A stretch of DNA of 61,361 nt, taken from the NCBI GenBank assembly GCA_037924335.1, contig JAXSMZ010000006.1, positions 1-61,361 of the forward strand, in the 5' to 3' direction. Position 1 is the stretch's first letter. The number at the start of each line of letters is the position of its first letter. The notes under the pieces were generated by a model. It was not told the origin of the DNA. It ran no database searches and was given only the letters and a program-made list of their open reading frames with translations. Below are positions 41,592-50,785 of the stretch, piece by piece. This DNA is from Aquificaceae bacterium. GTDB taxonomy: Bacteria > Aquificota > Aquificia > Aquificales > Aquificaceae. The position numbers were made by a program, and so were the translations under genes.

Positions 41592-42408
41592 TGTAAAAGG
41601 TCATGGTTGTGTACTTGTAAAGTTCTATATCGTTTCCTAAAAGTTTCCTGAGAAGCCCTCTCTTCTCCTCCATGTAAAAGACCCTTGCCTCTTTTACCTT
41701 GGACAGTTCTTTTGCCTTTTCTATAGCGTCCTCAAGGTTTCCCAACCCATCCACGAGTCCTACCTCCTTTGCCATAAGGCCCGTCATTATTCTCCCATCG
41801 GCTATGCTTTTTAGCTTTTCCTCGCTTATCTTTCCAGACCTATACTTGAGTATGGCAGATAGAAACTGATTGTAAGAGTCTTCTATAATACCTCCTATGT
41901 ACTTCTTTTCCTCCTCTGTGAGCTCTCTAAAGGGTGATAGGATATCTTTAAACTTACCCGTCTTTATGGCCGTTGTCCTTATACCTATGCGGTTTAAAAG
42001 TTCTCTGAGGTCTGCGTGCTGCACTACAACGCCTATGCTTCCAGTTATAGTTCCTGGATTGGCAAATATGTAATCTGCTGGTGCTGATATGTAGTACCCT
42101 CCAGATGCAGCCACATTACCCATGGATACTACAACTGGTTTTTTGCTCTCTTTGAACCTCTCTACTGCTCTGTATATCTCCTGGGAGGCACCCACAGAAC
42201 CTCCAGGGCTATCAACTCTTAAGACTAAAGCCTTTATGCTTTTATCTTCCCTCGCTTTTTCTATTTTCTCCACTATGGGGTCTGCGTCTATTATGGCTCC
42301 TCCCACCTTTATGACAGCTATCCTATTCCCTACAGGAATTCTGGCTATCAGATTGCCTATCATAACAGCACCTAAAAGGAGTATTATAAGAAGTATTAAC
42401 CTCTTCAT
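41581..42408 (-). CDS. sppA: Signal peptide peptidase SppA (short form)
   Basis: DSPGG, AASGGYY, TGSIGV. Confidence 0.92.
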   Translation of the reverse strand: MKRLILLIILLLGAVMIGNLIARIPVGNRIAVIKVGGAIIDADPIVEKIEKAREDKSIKALVLRVDSPGGSVGASQEIYRAVERFKESKKPVVVSMGNVAASGGYYISAPADYIFANPGTITGSIGVVVQHADLRELLNRIGIRTTAIKTGKFKDILSPFRELTEEEKKYIGGIIEDSYNQFLSAILKYRSGKISEEKLKSIADGRIMTGLMAKEVGLVDGLGNLEDAIEKAKELSKVKEARVFYMEEKRGLLRKLLGNDIELYKYTTMTFYIMK

Positions 42409-42429
42409 CTTAGTATCTAATTATAATCC

Positions 42430-43080
42430 TTAAAGGAAAAGGCCTATCAGTAAAGATGGGAGAAGGTTTAAAACCTTCACTTTCTCTAATAGCCCGTATA
42501 TCTTTAGACCTGTTAGGACCATAAGCCCTCCACCTACAAAAAGAGTATTGGACATGGAGCTTCTGTCTAGAAAATCTCCAAAGTAAAAGGCAAAGGCTGT
42601 TACTGTACCCTGAAAGAAGAGTACAAATAGGGAGGAAAAAAGGACTCCCTTTCCGAGGGATGAAGAAAGGATAAGGGAGGAAAAGCCATCCATCATAGCC
42701 TTAGAGAGTATCAGTGAGCTGTCTCCTTTTGTACCTTCAAGTATGCAGCCCAAAAGGGTTATAGGCCCAACTGTAAAGAGTAAGGAAGCCGTAATAAAAC
42801 CCCTTAAAAAGCTCCCCCCCTTTGCTATTGTATGGATTTTTTCCTCAATGTCCAAAAGATGGCCTACCAATGAACCAACAAGAAGGATAAAAAACACTTT
42901 CAGAGTTTCTGGCTTGTTCTCATACATTAGCCTAACACCCAGCATGATAGTGAACAAGGCTATAGCATGCATGATACCGCTTTTTAAGTTTTCTGGAATG
43001 TATCTGCTTCCTTTTATTCCCATAGATGAGCCCAATATCACAAGCAGTGTGTTCACTAAGGTTCCAAAGCCTGGAAACAT
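42430..43080 (-). CDS. DUF554 membrane protein
   Basis: GTLVN, SLLFTVGP, KAMMDG, NLLP; probable start at ATG 43080. Confidence 0.85.
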   Translation of the reverse strand: MFPGFGTLVNTLLVILGSSMGIKGSRYIPENLKSGIMHAIALFTIMLGVRLMYENKPETLKVFFILLVGSLVGHLLDIEEKIHTIAKGGSFLRGFITASLLFTVGPITLLGCILEGTKGDSSLILSKAMMDGFSSLILSSSLGKGVLFSSLFVLFFQGTVTAFAFYFGDFLDRSSMSNTLFVGGGLMVLTGLKIYGLLEKVKVLNLLPSLLIGLFL

Positions 43081-43096
43081 GTATAATATCTTAAGC

Positions 43097-44128
43097 ATGA
43101 AGGCCATTTTACTTAAAGGTTTTGGTGGCGTTGAGAATTTAGAACTTGTGAGCCATTTCCCCAACCCAAACATAGAAGAGAATGAAGTTCTAATAAGAGT
43201 CAAGGCTGTTGCCTTAAACCATCTCGATGTTTGGGTTAGGATGGGAGCTCTTGCGGTAAAGCCTGAGCTACCACACATCCTTGGCTCAGACGTGAGCGGC
43301 ATAGTTGAAAAGGTTGGTAAGTTAGTGAGAAGCGTAAAGGAAGGGGATGAAGTTATCCTCTCTCCTGGTCTGTCATGCACTGTTTGCTACGATTGTCTCT
43401 CAGGAAGGGATAACCTTTGCAAGCATTACGATATACTTGGGCTAAAAACAAAGGGAGGGTACGCCGAGTATGTAAAGGTTCCAGAGAGTAACGTGGTTCC
43501 AAAGCCCAAAAACTTAAGCTTCGAGGAAGCTTCAAGCTTCCCTTTAACCTATCTTACCGTCTGGAATGCCCTTGTAAGAAAAGGTAGTATAAAACCTAAC
43601 AGCAGGGTTTTCATATGGGCTGGTTCTTCTGGGGTTGGGGTTGCAGCAGTCCAACTGGCAAAACTTATGGGAGCTTTTGTTATAGCTACGGCTGGAAATG
43701 AGGAAAAGGCTAAAAAGTGCAAGGAGCTTGGAGCTGATATGGTGATAGACCACTACAGGGATGATGTTGTAAAAAGGGTCAGAGATGTTTTCAGGGATGG
43801 TGTGGACATAGTTGTTGACCATGTGGGGGAAAAGACCTTTTGGAGGAGCATAGAGTGCCTAAGAAAGGGTGGTAAACTTGTATTTTTTGGAACAACTACA
43901 GGAAGCAGTGCCAGTATAGATATAAGGTACTTGTTTGTTAGGGAGATTGAGCTTTTGGGAGTTTATATGGGTCCAAAGTCAGACCTTATAAAGATAGCTG
44001 AGCTTTTTGAGAGGGGTGTATTAAAGCCCGTTGTGGATAGAGTTTTTAGGCTTGAAGATGCTGCAAGCGCTCATCAGTACCTTGAAAGTTCTAAGCATTT
44101 TGGCAAGGTTGTTCTAAGGGTTTTGTGA
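43097..44128 (+). CDS. Zinc-binding MDR dehydrogenase / quinone oxidoreductase
   Basis: LNHLD, GSD, CxxCxxC..C structural zinc loop, GKVVL. Confidence 0.9.
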   Translation: MKAILLKGFGGVENLELVSHFPNPNIEENEVLIRVKAVALNHLDVWVRMGALAVKPELPHILGSDVSGIVEKVGKLVRSVKEGDEVILSPGLSCTVCYDCLSGRDNLCKHYDILGLKTKGGYAEYVKVPESNVVPKPKNLSFEEASSFPLTYLTVWNALVRKGSIKPNSRVFIWAGSSGVGVAAVQLAKLMGAFVIATAGNEEKAKKCKELGADMVIDHYRDDVVKRVRDVFRDGVDIVVDHVGEKTFWRSIECLRKGGKLVFFGTTTGSSASIDIRYLFVREIELLGVYMGPKSDLIKIAELFERGVLKPVVDRVFRLEDAASAHQYLESSKHFGKVVLRVL

Positions 44129-44764
44129 AAGGAATTCCTTTATCTTTCTCATGTCTTCTGTGAACTCTCTCTCTGCGGCTGGATTCCTAAGTATGTAAGC
44201 TGGATGGTATGTGAGGAGTACCTTTATGCTTCTGTCATAAGGGTATTCAAAGAACTTTCCCCTATACTTTGTGATGGGCAGGCTTTTGCCCAGCAAGCCT
44301 TCCAATGCGGTAGCTCCAAGACAGACTATGAGCTTTGGCCTTACTATCTCTATTTCTTTTGTTAGATAGGGTGCGCAGCTTGCCATCTCCTCCTTTGTTG
44401 GTTTCCTGTTACCAGGTGGTCTGGATTTTACCACGTTGGTTATGTAAACATCCTCCCTCCTCAGTCCTATCTCCTCTATCTTAGAATTCAGATACCTTCC
44501 AGCCCTGCCTACAAAAGGCTTCTTTTGCTTGTCTTCTTCCTCTCCGGGTGCTTCTCCAACAAAAACAACTGGTGAATTTGGATTTCCATCGCTGAAGACA
44601 TATCCACTTGAACCACTGTAAAGGATACATCTCTTCTCTTCTTGGAGTCTCTTAAAGAGATTCTGCAGTAGCTCCTGCTTTGTTTTCCCTTCTTTCTTGA
44701 CGTAAAGTTCAGTTATACCTATAGTCTCAAGAGCTTTTACTGTAGCAATAACTTTTCTATCCAT
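44114..44764 (-). CDS. Uracil-DNA glycosylase family 4
   Basis: GEAPG, PFVGRAG, ITNVVK, RPPGNR, YHPA. Confidence 0.92.
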   Translation of the reverse strand: MDRKVIATVKALETIGITELYVKKEGKTKQELLQNLFKRLQEEKRCILYSGSSGYVFSDGNPNSPVVFVGEAPGEEEDKQKKPFVGRAGRYLNSKIEEIGLRREDVYITNVVKSRPPGNRKPTKEEMASCAPYLTKEIEIVRPKLIVCLGATALEGLLGKSLPITKYRGKFFEYPYDRSIKVLLTYHPAYILRNPAAEREFTEDMRKIKEFLSQNP

Positions 44765-44988
44765 GACTTTTCCTCAAAGCATGCGTACCCCTTTTCATAA
44801 TCTTGGCTCTTTTCCACGCACTCCCTTATTCTGTCCAGCTTATGGAGGATGAACTTTTTGCATGCAGGCCATGTCCATCCATGGTTGCACAGAAGCTTAG
44901 CATCTTCTAATGGGTTTGTCTTGCAAGCCCTCTCCTGAGCGTAGGATGAGAGGGTAAAGCTGAAAAGGATAGCAAAAAGCACTATCAT
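44737..44988 (-). CDS. Small secreted Cys-containing hypothetical protein
   Basis: Signal peptide MIVLFAILFSFTLSSYA, 5 Cys; overlaps nuoF and udg. Confidence 0.6.
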   Translation of the reverse strand: MIVLFAILFSFTLSSYAQERACKTNPLEDAKLLCNHGWTWPACKKFILHKLDRIRECVEKSQDYEKGYACFEEKSWIEKLLLQ

Positions 44989-46262
44989 ATGATAGTGGAC
45001 AGTACCTTTCTGTACCTTTCCCACTCTTGGGGAAACTTTTTCATAGTCTGCCTTATGAGCCTTCCAGCGACAGCACCGAGTCCGCAGATGGATGTAGGTT
45101 GTATAAACCTGTTTACAAAGTCAAAGGCTTCCCAGTCTTTTTCTGTAGCTTTGCCCTCTACTATCTTTTTAAGGAGCTCCTTCTGTTCGTAAGTTCCTAC
45201 TCTGCATGGTGTACATTGTCCACAGCTCTCATGGGAGTAAAACTCTGCAACCTTCAGACACATCCTGACTATATCATCCTCCTCCGTTAACACTATGACG
45301 GTTCCAGTCCCGCCGAATCCAAGGGGTGAGTAGTCCATGGGTGTGTCAAGCTCGTCGGCAGAAAAGCAGTCAAGGGCTCCAGAGAAAACAGCCTTCACCC
45401 TTTGTTTGTTTGATGTTCCCCCCGCATACTTGAAAACTACCTCTCTCAAAGTTGTGTTCATAGGAAGCTCGTAAACGCCTGGCTTTTTTACCTTTCCACT
45501 CACCGGGAAGAGCTTGGGACCAGGATAGTCGCTTGGACCTATGTATCTGTAGTTTTCCCATCCGAGGCCCACTATGAAAGGTATGTTACAAAGTGTTTCT
45601 ACGTTGTTGACTACAGTAGGCCTTCCAAAAAGCCCGTACTGGACTGGGAAGGGTGGCTTTGTTCTTGGGAAGCCCCTCTTGCCTTCCAAGGATTCTATGA
45701 GAGCACTCTCCTCACCGCATATGTAGGCGCCTGCTCCCCTTGCAACGTAAACCTCAAGGTCAAACCCACTTCCCATTATGTTTTTACCAAGAAAACCTTT
45801 CTTCTTGGTCTCTTCTATGGCATCTCTGAGTATGTAGTAAGCTGCCGCATACTCCCCCCTTATGTATATGAAAGCTTCGTTGACACCCAAGGCATATGCG
45901 GATATTGCAATGCCTTCAAGTAGAAGATGAGGGTCTCTTTCTAAGATTATCCTGTCTTTGAAAGTTCCAGGTTCTGACTCGTCTGCGTTGCATATTAGAT
46001 ACCTCGGTTGGGGGTTTTGCAGTGCAAACTTCCACTTTTTACCGGTCGGGAAGCCAGCTCCACCACGGCCTCTTAACTCGCTTTTCTCCACCCAATCCAC
46101 TATCTCCCCCGGTTCCATATTGAGAGACTTCTCTAAGGCTTGATAGCCACCATCTTTGAGGTAGTCTTCCAGAAAATGAACCCTTCCCTTTTTGGCTCTT
46201 CTCAGGAGCATATCGAGGGATGTCTCCGTGTATATTTTAGGCATAACGGGATAGGACTTCAT
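44985..46262 (-). CDS. nuoF: NADH-quinone oxidoreductase subunit F
   Basis: GRGGAGFPTG, NADESEPG, YICGEE, CGQCTPC...C. Confidence 0.95.
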   Translation of the reverse strand: MKSYPVMPKIYTETSLDMLLRRAKKGRVHFLEDYLKDGGYQALEKSLNMEPGEIVDWVEKSELRGRGGAGFPTGKKWKFALQNPQPRYLICNADESEPGTFKDRIILERDPHLLLEGIAISAYALGVNEAFIYIRGEYAAAYYILRDAIEETKKKGFLGKNIMGSGFDLEVYVARGAGAYICGEESALIESLEGKRGFPRTKPPFPVQYGLFGRPTVVNNVETLCNIPFIVGLGWENYRYIGPSDYPGPKLFPVSGKVKKPGVYELPMNTTLREVVFKYAGGTSNKQRVKAVFSGALDCFSADELDTPMDYSPLGFGGTGTVIVLTEEDDIVRMCLKVAEFYSHESCGQCTPCRVGTYEQKELLKKIVEGKATEKDWEAFDFVNRFIQPTSICGLGAVAGRLIRQTMKKFPQEWERYRKVLSTII

Positions 46263-46701
46263 TTAACTTCTCCTTGCTTTCAAATCTGTAAGAGTCTTGG
46301 TCTATCATAAAAAAGGGGGCTTCTGAGCATGCACCGAGACATTGAACTGGTATGAGCTTAAACCTTCCATCCTTTGTAACCTGATAAAAATCTATTCCCA
46401 ATAGTTCCTTTAAAGCCTTCAAAAGTTTATCCTTGTCCATAAGATCACAGACAATGCTCATGCATACATAGACCCTGTGTTTGGCTACTTGCCCTCTGTC
46501 AAACATATCGTAAAAGGAAACCACATTCTCCACATGGTTTAGGGGTACGTCCAATATCCTTGCAATACCTTCAAGGGCAAAGTCTGGTATATACCCATAG
46601 TGCTTTTGAACTTCATGAAGGCAGAGAAGAAGGGCTTGTTCCTTTTTGGGAAAGTAATTGGCATGCTCTTCTAACTTCTTCTGGAGATCAACGTCAAACA
46701 T
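46237..46701 (-). CDS. nuoE: NADH-quinone oxidoreductase subunit E
   Basis: CMSIVC...CLGAC 2Fe-2S motif. Confidence 0.93.
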   Translation of the reverse strand: MFDVDLQKKLEEHANYFPKKEQALLLCLHEVQKHYGYIPDFALEGIARILDVPLNHVENVVSFYDMFDRGQVAKHRVYVCMSIVCDLMDKDKLLKALKELLGIDFYQVTKDGRFKLIPVQCLGACSEAPFFMIDQDSYRFESKEKLNEVLSRYA

Positions 46702-46708
46702 AGTTATA

Positions 46709-47974
46709 TTATATCCTCTTTGCTCCAAGGTCATAACCGCCTATTTGCGTTATTTTCACCTTTATCCACTGACCTGGCTTTAAGCTCTCCTCGCTCTCTA
46801 TGTAAGTAATGCCATCAACCTCTGGCGCCTGAAAGTAAACCCTCCCTGCTGGAACATACTGCACCTCCTCATCATACCCATCCACTACAAGGTCTAACTC
46901 TCTTCCTAAAAACTCCTGGTTCTTCCTCTTTGTCTCTTCCTCTTGAAGAGCCAAAACCTCTTGTCTTCTCCTTTCCTTCTCTTCCTCTGGCAGTCTATCT
47001 TTCAGTTGGTAAGCATAAGTATCCTCCTCATGAGAGTAAGAGAAAACACCAACCCAATGAAAATGTCCCTCAGAGATGAACTCTTTTAAGGTCTTAAAAT
47101 CTTCCTCGCCTTCTTCTGGATAACCAACTATTAGGGTGGTTCTGAGCACAGCGTTGGGAATGTGTTCCCTTATGTTTTTTATAAGCTTCCTAACAAACTT
47201 CCCATCGTATCCTCTTCTCATGTTTCTCAGAACTCTATCCGATATATGCTGTATAGGTATGTCAAAGTAAGGAAGCGTTTTTTCTGAGTTTCCTATGTGC
47301 TTTATTAGTCTTTCTTCTATTTCTGTTGGGTAGAGATAGAGAAGTCTTATCCATTTTATACCTTCTACCTTTTCCAGCCTTTCTATAAGCTCTATTATCT
47401 TATTTTCCCCGTAAAGGTCCCTTCCGTAGTAGGTGGTATCTTGGGAGACTATGCATATCTCGGAGATGCCTTGGTCTGCTATGTACCTTGCTTCTTCCAA
47501 TAGTTCCTCCATGGGTCTAGACCTGTGTCTCCCCCTTATCTTGGGAATGGCGCAGAAAGAGCAGAGCCTGTTGCAACCTTCCGCTATCTTCAGGTAAGCG
47601 TAAGACTTGGGAGTGGTTATCAGCCTTTTACTCTCTCCTATGAACTTTAGCCCAAGGAAATCAACCACCTGGTTCCAGCTTTCCGTACCAAAATAGGCAG
47701 TAACTTCTGGGATTTCCTTTTGAAGCTCTTCCTTGTACCTCTGGACTAAACATCCCATGACTATTACCTTCTTCCCCTTTGCATGCTCCAGTATTGTGTT
47801 TATGGACTCTTCTTTGGCTGGATTTATAAAACCGCAGGTGTTTATAATGATGATATCAGCCTTATGTAAGTCTTTTACAAACTTCACGTTGTTTGCTTTT
47901 AACTTTCCTAAGAGTACTTCAGTGTCCACAAGGTTTTTTGAACATCCAAGGCTTATTACACCTACTTTCATCAC
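46709..47974 (-). CDS. rimO: Ribosomal protein S12 methylthiotransferase
   Basis: LGCSKNLVD, NTCGFI, CNRLCSFC, QAPEVDG. Confidence 0.95.
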   Translation of the reverse strand: MMKVGVISLGCSKNLVDTEVLLGKLKANNVKFVKDLHKADIIIINTCGFINPAKEESINTILEHAKGKKVIVMGCLVQRYKEELQKEIPEVTAYFGTESWNQVVDFLGLKFIGESKRLITTPKSYAYLKIAEGCNRLCSFCAIPKIRGRHRSRPMEELLEEARYIADQGISEICIVSQDTTYYGRDLYGENKIIELIERLEKVEGIKWIRLLYLYPTEIEERLIKHIGNSEKTLPYFDIPIQHISDRVLRNMRRGYDGKFVRKLIKNIREHIPNAVLRTTLIVGYPEEGEEDFKTLKEFISEGHFHWVGVFSYSHEEDTYAYQLKDRLPEEEKERRRQEVLALQEEETKRKNQEFLGRELDLVVDGYDEEVQYVPAGRVYFQAPEVDGITYIESEESLKPGQWIKVKITQIGGYDLGAKRI

Positions 47975-48885
47975 TCTTCCACATCAAGCTCGTTAAATAC
48001 TCGGTACACGTTGGCATTGTGAAATTGCTGGTACATAACATCTTTCTTATAAGGATTCTCAGACATCCTTTCCTTTATATCGTCTACAAAAAGACCTTCC
48101 TCCTTTAGTTTCTTTATCTCATTCCTTAAAAAGTTTATGTATTCCAAGGTGTAGTCTATGGCTTCTTTGTTCATGGGCTCGTTGTGTCCTCCCAGCAATA
48201 GCTTTAGGTCCATGGTTCTTAGCTTCTCCAAAGCATCAAGCCAACCCTTTGAGCTTGCGTTCCTATCTCCCATGAAAGGTATCCTTTTATAATAGACCAG
48301 ATCCCCTACAAAGATTACCTTCTCCTCTGGCATGTAGACTACAATATCTGAATTTGTGTGAGCCGGAGTCATGCCTATTATCTCAAACCTCTTGCCACCC
48401 ACATGCAGAGTTATCTTATCCTTTACTTTCACATCTGGTGGTAGAAGCTCTACGTCCTTGTAAAGGCTACCTGTAGTTTCCTTCATCGCCTGCAGAGCCT
48501 GAAGAGCCTCACCAGATATGTAGAACTGGTACAAGCCCTCATGGGCTATAACCTTTGCCCCTGAACTCTTGAAGGTCTTTACACCGTACCAATGGTCCGG
48601 GTGGTAGTGGGTGATTATGACGTATTTGATGGATGCCCTTTTCACCCTCATAAGGTTCTCTACAAACTCCTTAGAAAGCTCGGGAGTTGAAAGGGTGTCA
48701 ATGACAACCCATCCTTCTTTTGTTAACACTGCAAAGGCATTGGACATAAAGCCTCTGTTCTCCAAGGTAGGTATCTGGTCCCTTCCTCTGACCATGTATA
48801 TGTCTCTTTCTACCTTGCGTAGTTTTAAATCTTCAGCCTTCACTGAGTAAAAAAGGAAAAGGATAAAAAACACTATCCATCCCAT
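47971..48885 (-). CDS. Periplasmic MBL-fold protein (paralog of 34369-35340)
   Basis: NRGFMSNA, THYHPDH, AHT, GDLV. Confidence 0.8.
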   Translation of the reverse strand: MGWIVFFILFLFYSVKAEDLKLRKVERDIYMVRGRDQIPTLENRGFMSNAFAVLTKEGWVVIDTLSTPELSKEFVENLMRVKRASIKYVIITHYHPDHWYGVKTFKSSGAKVIAHEGLYQFYISGEALQALQAMKETTGSLYKDVELLPPDVKVKDKITLHVGGKRFEIIGMTPAHTNSDIVVYMPEEKVIFVGDLVYYKRIPFMGDRNASSKGWLDALEKLRTMDLKLLLGGHNEPMNKEAIDYTLEYINFLRNEIKKLKEEGLFVDDIKERMSENPYKKDVMYQQFHNANVYRVFNELDVEE

Positions 48886-48887
48886 AT

Positions 48888-49640
48888 TTACACTCTCTCC
48901 TTCTTAATCCAGTCTTCAAATTTAAAACCCATCCTTATGCTGTCAACCATCTCCTTCTCTAATGGGGTTAGGTCCTTAGGGATCATGTCTGGTCTGTACC
49001 TGATGGTCCTCTCTATGGAATGCCAGAGCTTCCAAAGCTCTATAAGTCTGTGATTTCCAGAGAGTAAAACATCTGGAACTTTTAATCCGCCAAATTCCTC
49101 AGGTCTTGTATAGACAGGGTAGCCAAGCCATCTGCCAAAGGAGTCTGCTCTTAGGCTCTCTGGCTCACCTATGGCACCGGGAAGAAGCCTGGTTATACCA
49201 TCTACAAGGACAAGGGCAAGAAGCTCTCCGCCGGAGATCACAAAGTCTCCCAAAGATAGCTCCTCATCTGCAAGAATAGAAACCCTCTCATCTATCCCCT
49301 CGTACCTCCCGCATATTATGAGAATTTTCTCTTTTTCCTTAAGCTTCTGGAAAGTCCACTGGTCTATCCTTTTGCCCCATGGTTGGGGAATTATGGTATA
49401 GGGCTTTTCATATTCTTTTACAACATGTTCATAAGCTTTGAATATGGGCTCTGGTTTTAAAACCATTCCAGGAAGCCCTCCGTAAGCCTCATCGTCTACT
49501 CTACCTTTGTGTGCGTAATCCCTAAGGTCTATTGGTAGGACATCTATCAGCCCCTTCCTTCTTGCCTGTTTGACAATTCCATAGTTGCAGTACTCTTCTA
49601 CGATTTTTGGAAAAACTGTCAGTATAAAAAATTGCATCAC
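48888..49640 (-). CDS. trmD: tRNA (guanine-N1)-methyltransferase
   Basis: VDD..YGG..GM, CGRYEGIDER, SLGDFVISGGE, YTRP. Confidence 0.96.
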   Translation of the reverse strand: MMQFFILTVFPKIVEEYCNYGIVKQARRKGLIDVLPIDLRDYAHKGRVDDEAYGGLPGMVLKPEPIFKAYEHVVKEYEKPYTIIPQPWGKRIDQWTFQKLKEKEKILIICGRYEGIDERVSILADEELSLGDFVISGGELLALVLVDGITRLLPGAIGEPESLRADSFGRWLGYPVYTRPEEFGGLKVPDVLLSGNHRLIELWKLWHSIERTIRYRPDMIPKDLTPLEKEMVDSIRMGFKFEDWIKKERV

Positions 49641-50500
49641 CTCAGAAACTTCTCCACAAGCTCGTAAGCTCTGTTTTGGGAGAATTTATAGTATATGTCT
49701 ATGGTGGTTTTTACGTTGGAGTGTCCAGCAAACTCTTTGACCACCTCCGCAGGAAAGTTGTTGTTTACAAGGTTTGTTATGTAGGTGTGTCTAAAGCTAT
49801 GTATGGAAAAGGGTATACGGAGCTTATGAGACAGCCTATTAGTAAAGACCTGAAGGGACCCTCTATTTACCGAAAAGTTCTCTTCATAATTTTCTATCCA
49901 ATGGAGAAGTTTTTCTGTAATGTCGAAGGTTTCTTCTTTTGTACTTCCCAGGATAGGCACAAGCCTCTCTTTTCTTCTTTTAGTAATTTCTGGTGGAAGC
50001 CTTATCCATAAGAGTTTACTCTTGTCCTGATAGAATTTATCCTTAGTGAGTCCCATGTACTCGGAAAGCCTTATCCCGCTTGACAAGAACAGTATATAAA
50101 CTTTCTCATACTTTGTGTTTGCCACAAAAGTGAGTATCTTCCTGACATCCTCTTTCGAAAGAGCTTTTGGGTATCTAACATGGCTTGGTCCAAGCTCTTC
50201 CCTTATATCATATATGGCAGATTCCACTTCAGAGTATAGGTCTTTCCCTATGTACCCTCTCCTTAGCATAAACTTGTAAAAGTGCTTTATCGCAGATAGG
50301 TGCGTAAGGAGGGAAGATGTATTCAAGGAAGATGAGTAAACATAGCTGTATATTTCCTTAGGGTCCGGTGTTATGATGTTGCTGTCTCCAGCGTGTTTTA
50401 TGAAGGATTGTAAACTCCTTATATAGGTGATGACAGTTCTTGCGCTTTTTGTTCTTTCAAGACCCTTCTTCCAGAGTTCCAGAAGCTCTATCTGCCCCAT
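49637..50500 (-). CDS. Xer-like tyrosine recombinase (intact)
   Basis: Catalytic set present: SGIR, TK, HSFR, GH, TT..Y; N-terminal SAM-like domain. Confidence 0.9.
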   Translation of the reverse strand: MGQIELLELWKKGLERTKSARTVITYIRSLQSFIKHAGDSNIITPDPKEIYSYVYSSSLNTSSLLTHLSAIKHFYKFMLRRGYIGKDLYSEVESAIYDIREELGPSHVRYPKALSKEDVRKILTFVANTKYEKVYILFLSSGIRLSEYMGLTKDKFYQDKSKLLWIRLPPEITKRRKERLVPILGSTKEETFDITEKLLHWIENYEENFSVNRGSLQVFTNRLSHKLRIPFSIHSFRHTYITNLVNNNFPAEVVKEFAGHSNVKTTIDIYYKFSQNRAYELVEKFLR

Positions 50501-50509
50501 ATCTAAATT

Positions 50510-50610
50510 CTAATCCCTTTGCCCCCTTAGCTCAATCTATCTTTAGCTTTTCTATATGCATATCTTTTGTTAACAGCTCTTTCTTGCCTTGTCCAAGATA
50601 TAATCTTCTA
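50510..50610 (-). pseudogene. Frameshifted 3' remnant of a paralog of the 59693 coiled-coil gene
   Basis: Reads KII/LDK/ELLTKDMHIEKLKI/ELRGQRD* against RIMLDKDREILNKEMELSTLRMELEKKRKKE*; the stop codons align. Confidence 0.6.
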
Positions 50611-50734
50611 TAAAGTAAGAGGTAAAACCATAGAGAGTCGCAAGGATCAGAGACTATAACAATAAGCTGGTAAAAAGAGGAAGAATGTTCGTTTATCCAT
50701 CTGGTATAGAACAGTGTATTTTGTCAAGGTCCTC

Positions 50735-50765
50735 AACTTTTAGAACTTTATAAAAAATTTATAGG
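50735..50765 (+). repeat. 31-bp promoter repeat, copy 1
   Basis: AACTTTTAGAACTTTATAAAAAATTTATAGG, identical to 56275-56305. Confidence 0.9.
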
Positions 50766-50785
50766 AGCTGACTAAACTTGTAGGT

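Noticed and set aside
42743..43380. Long overlapping N-terminal extensions of the DUF554 and dehydrogenase ORFs
   Set aside because: These are antisense shadow extensions; family motifs begin at 43080 and 43097.
50521..50537. GCCCCCTTAGCTCAATC resembles a tRNA 5' end next to an integrase (possible att site)
   Set aside because: There is no D-loop GG, anticodon arm or T-arm, and the stretch is explained by the reverse-strand coiled-coil remnant.
50565..50575. TTTTGTTAACA as a second dif half-site at the left island edge
   Set aside because: No matching partner arm 6 bp away; it lies within the LLTK codons of the remnant.
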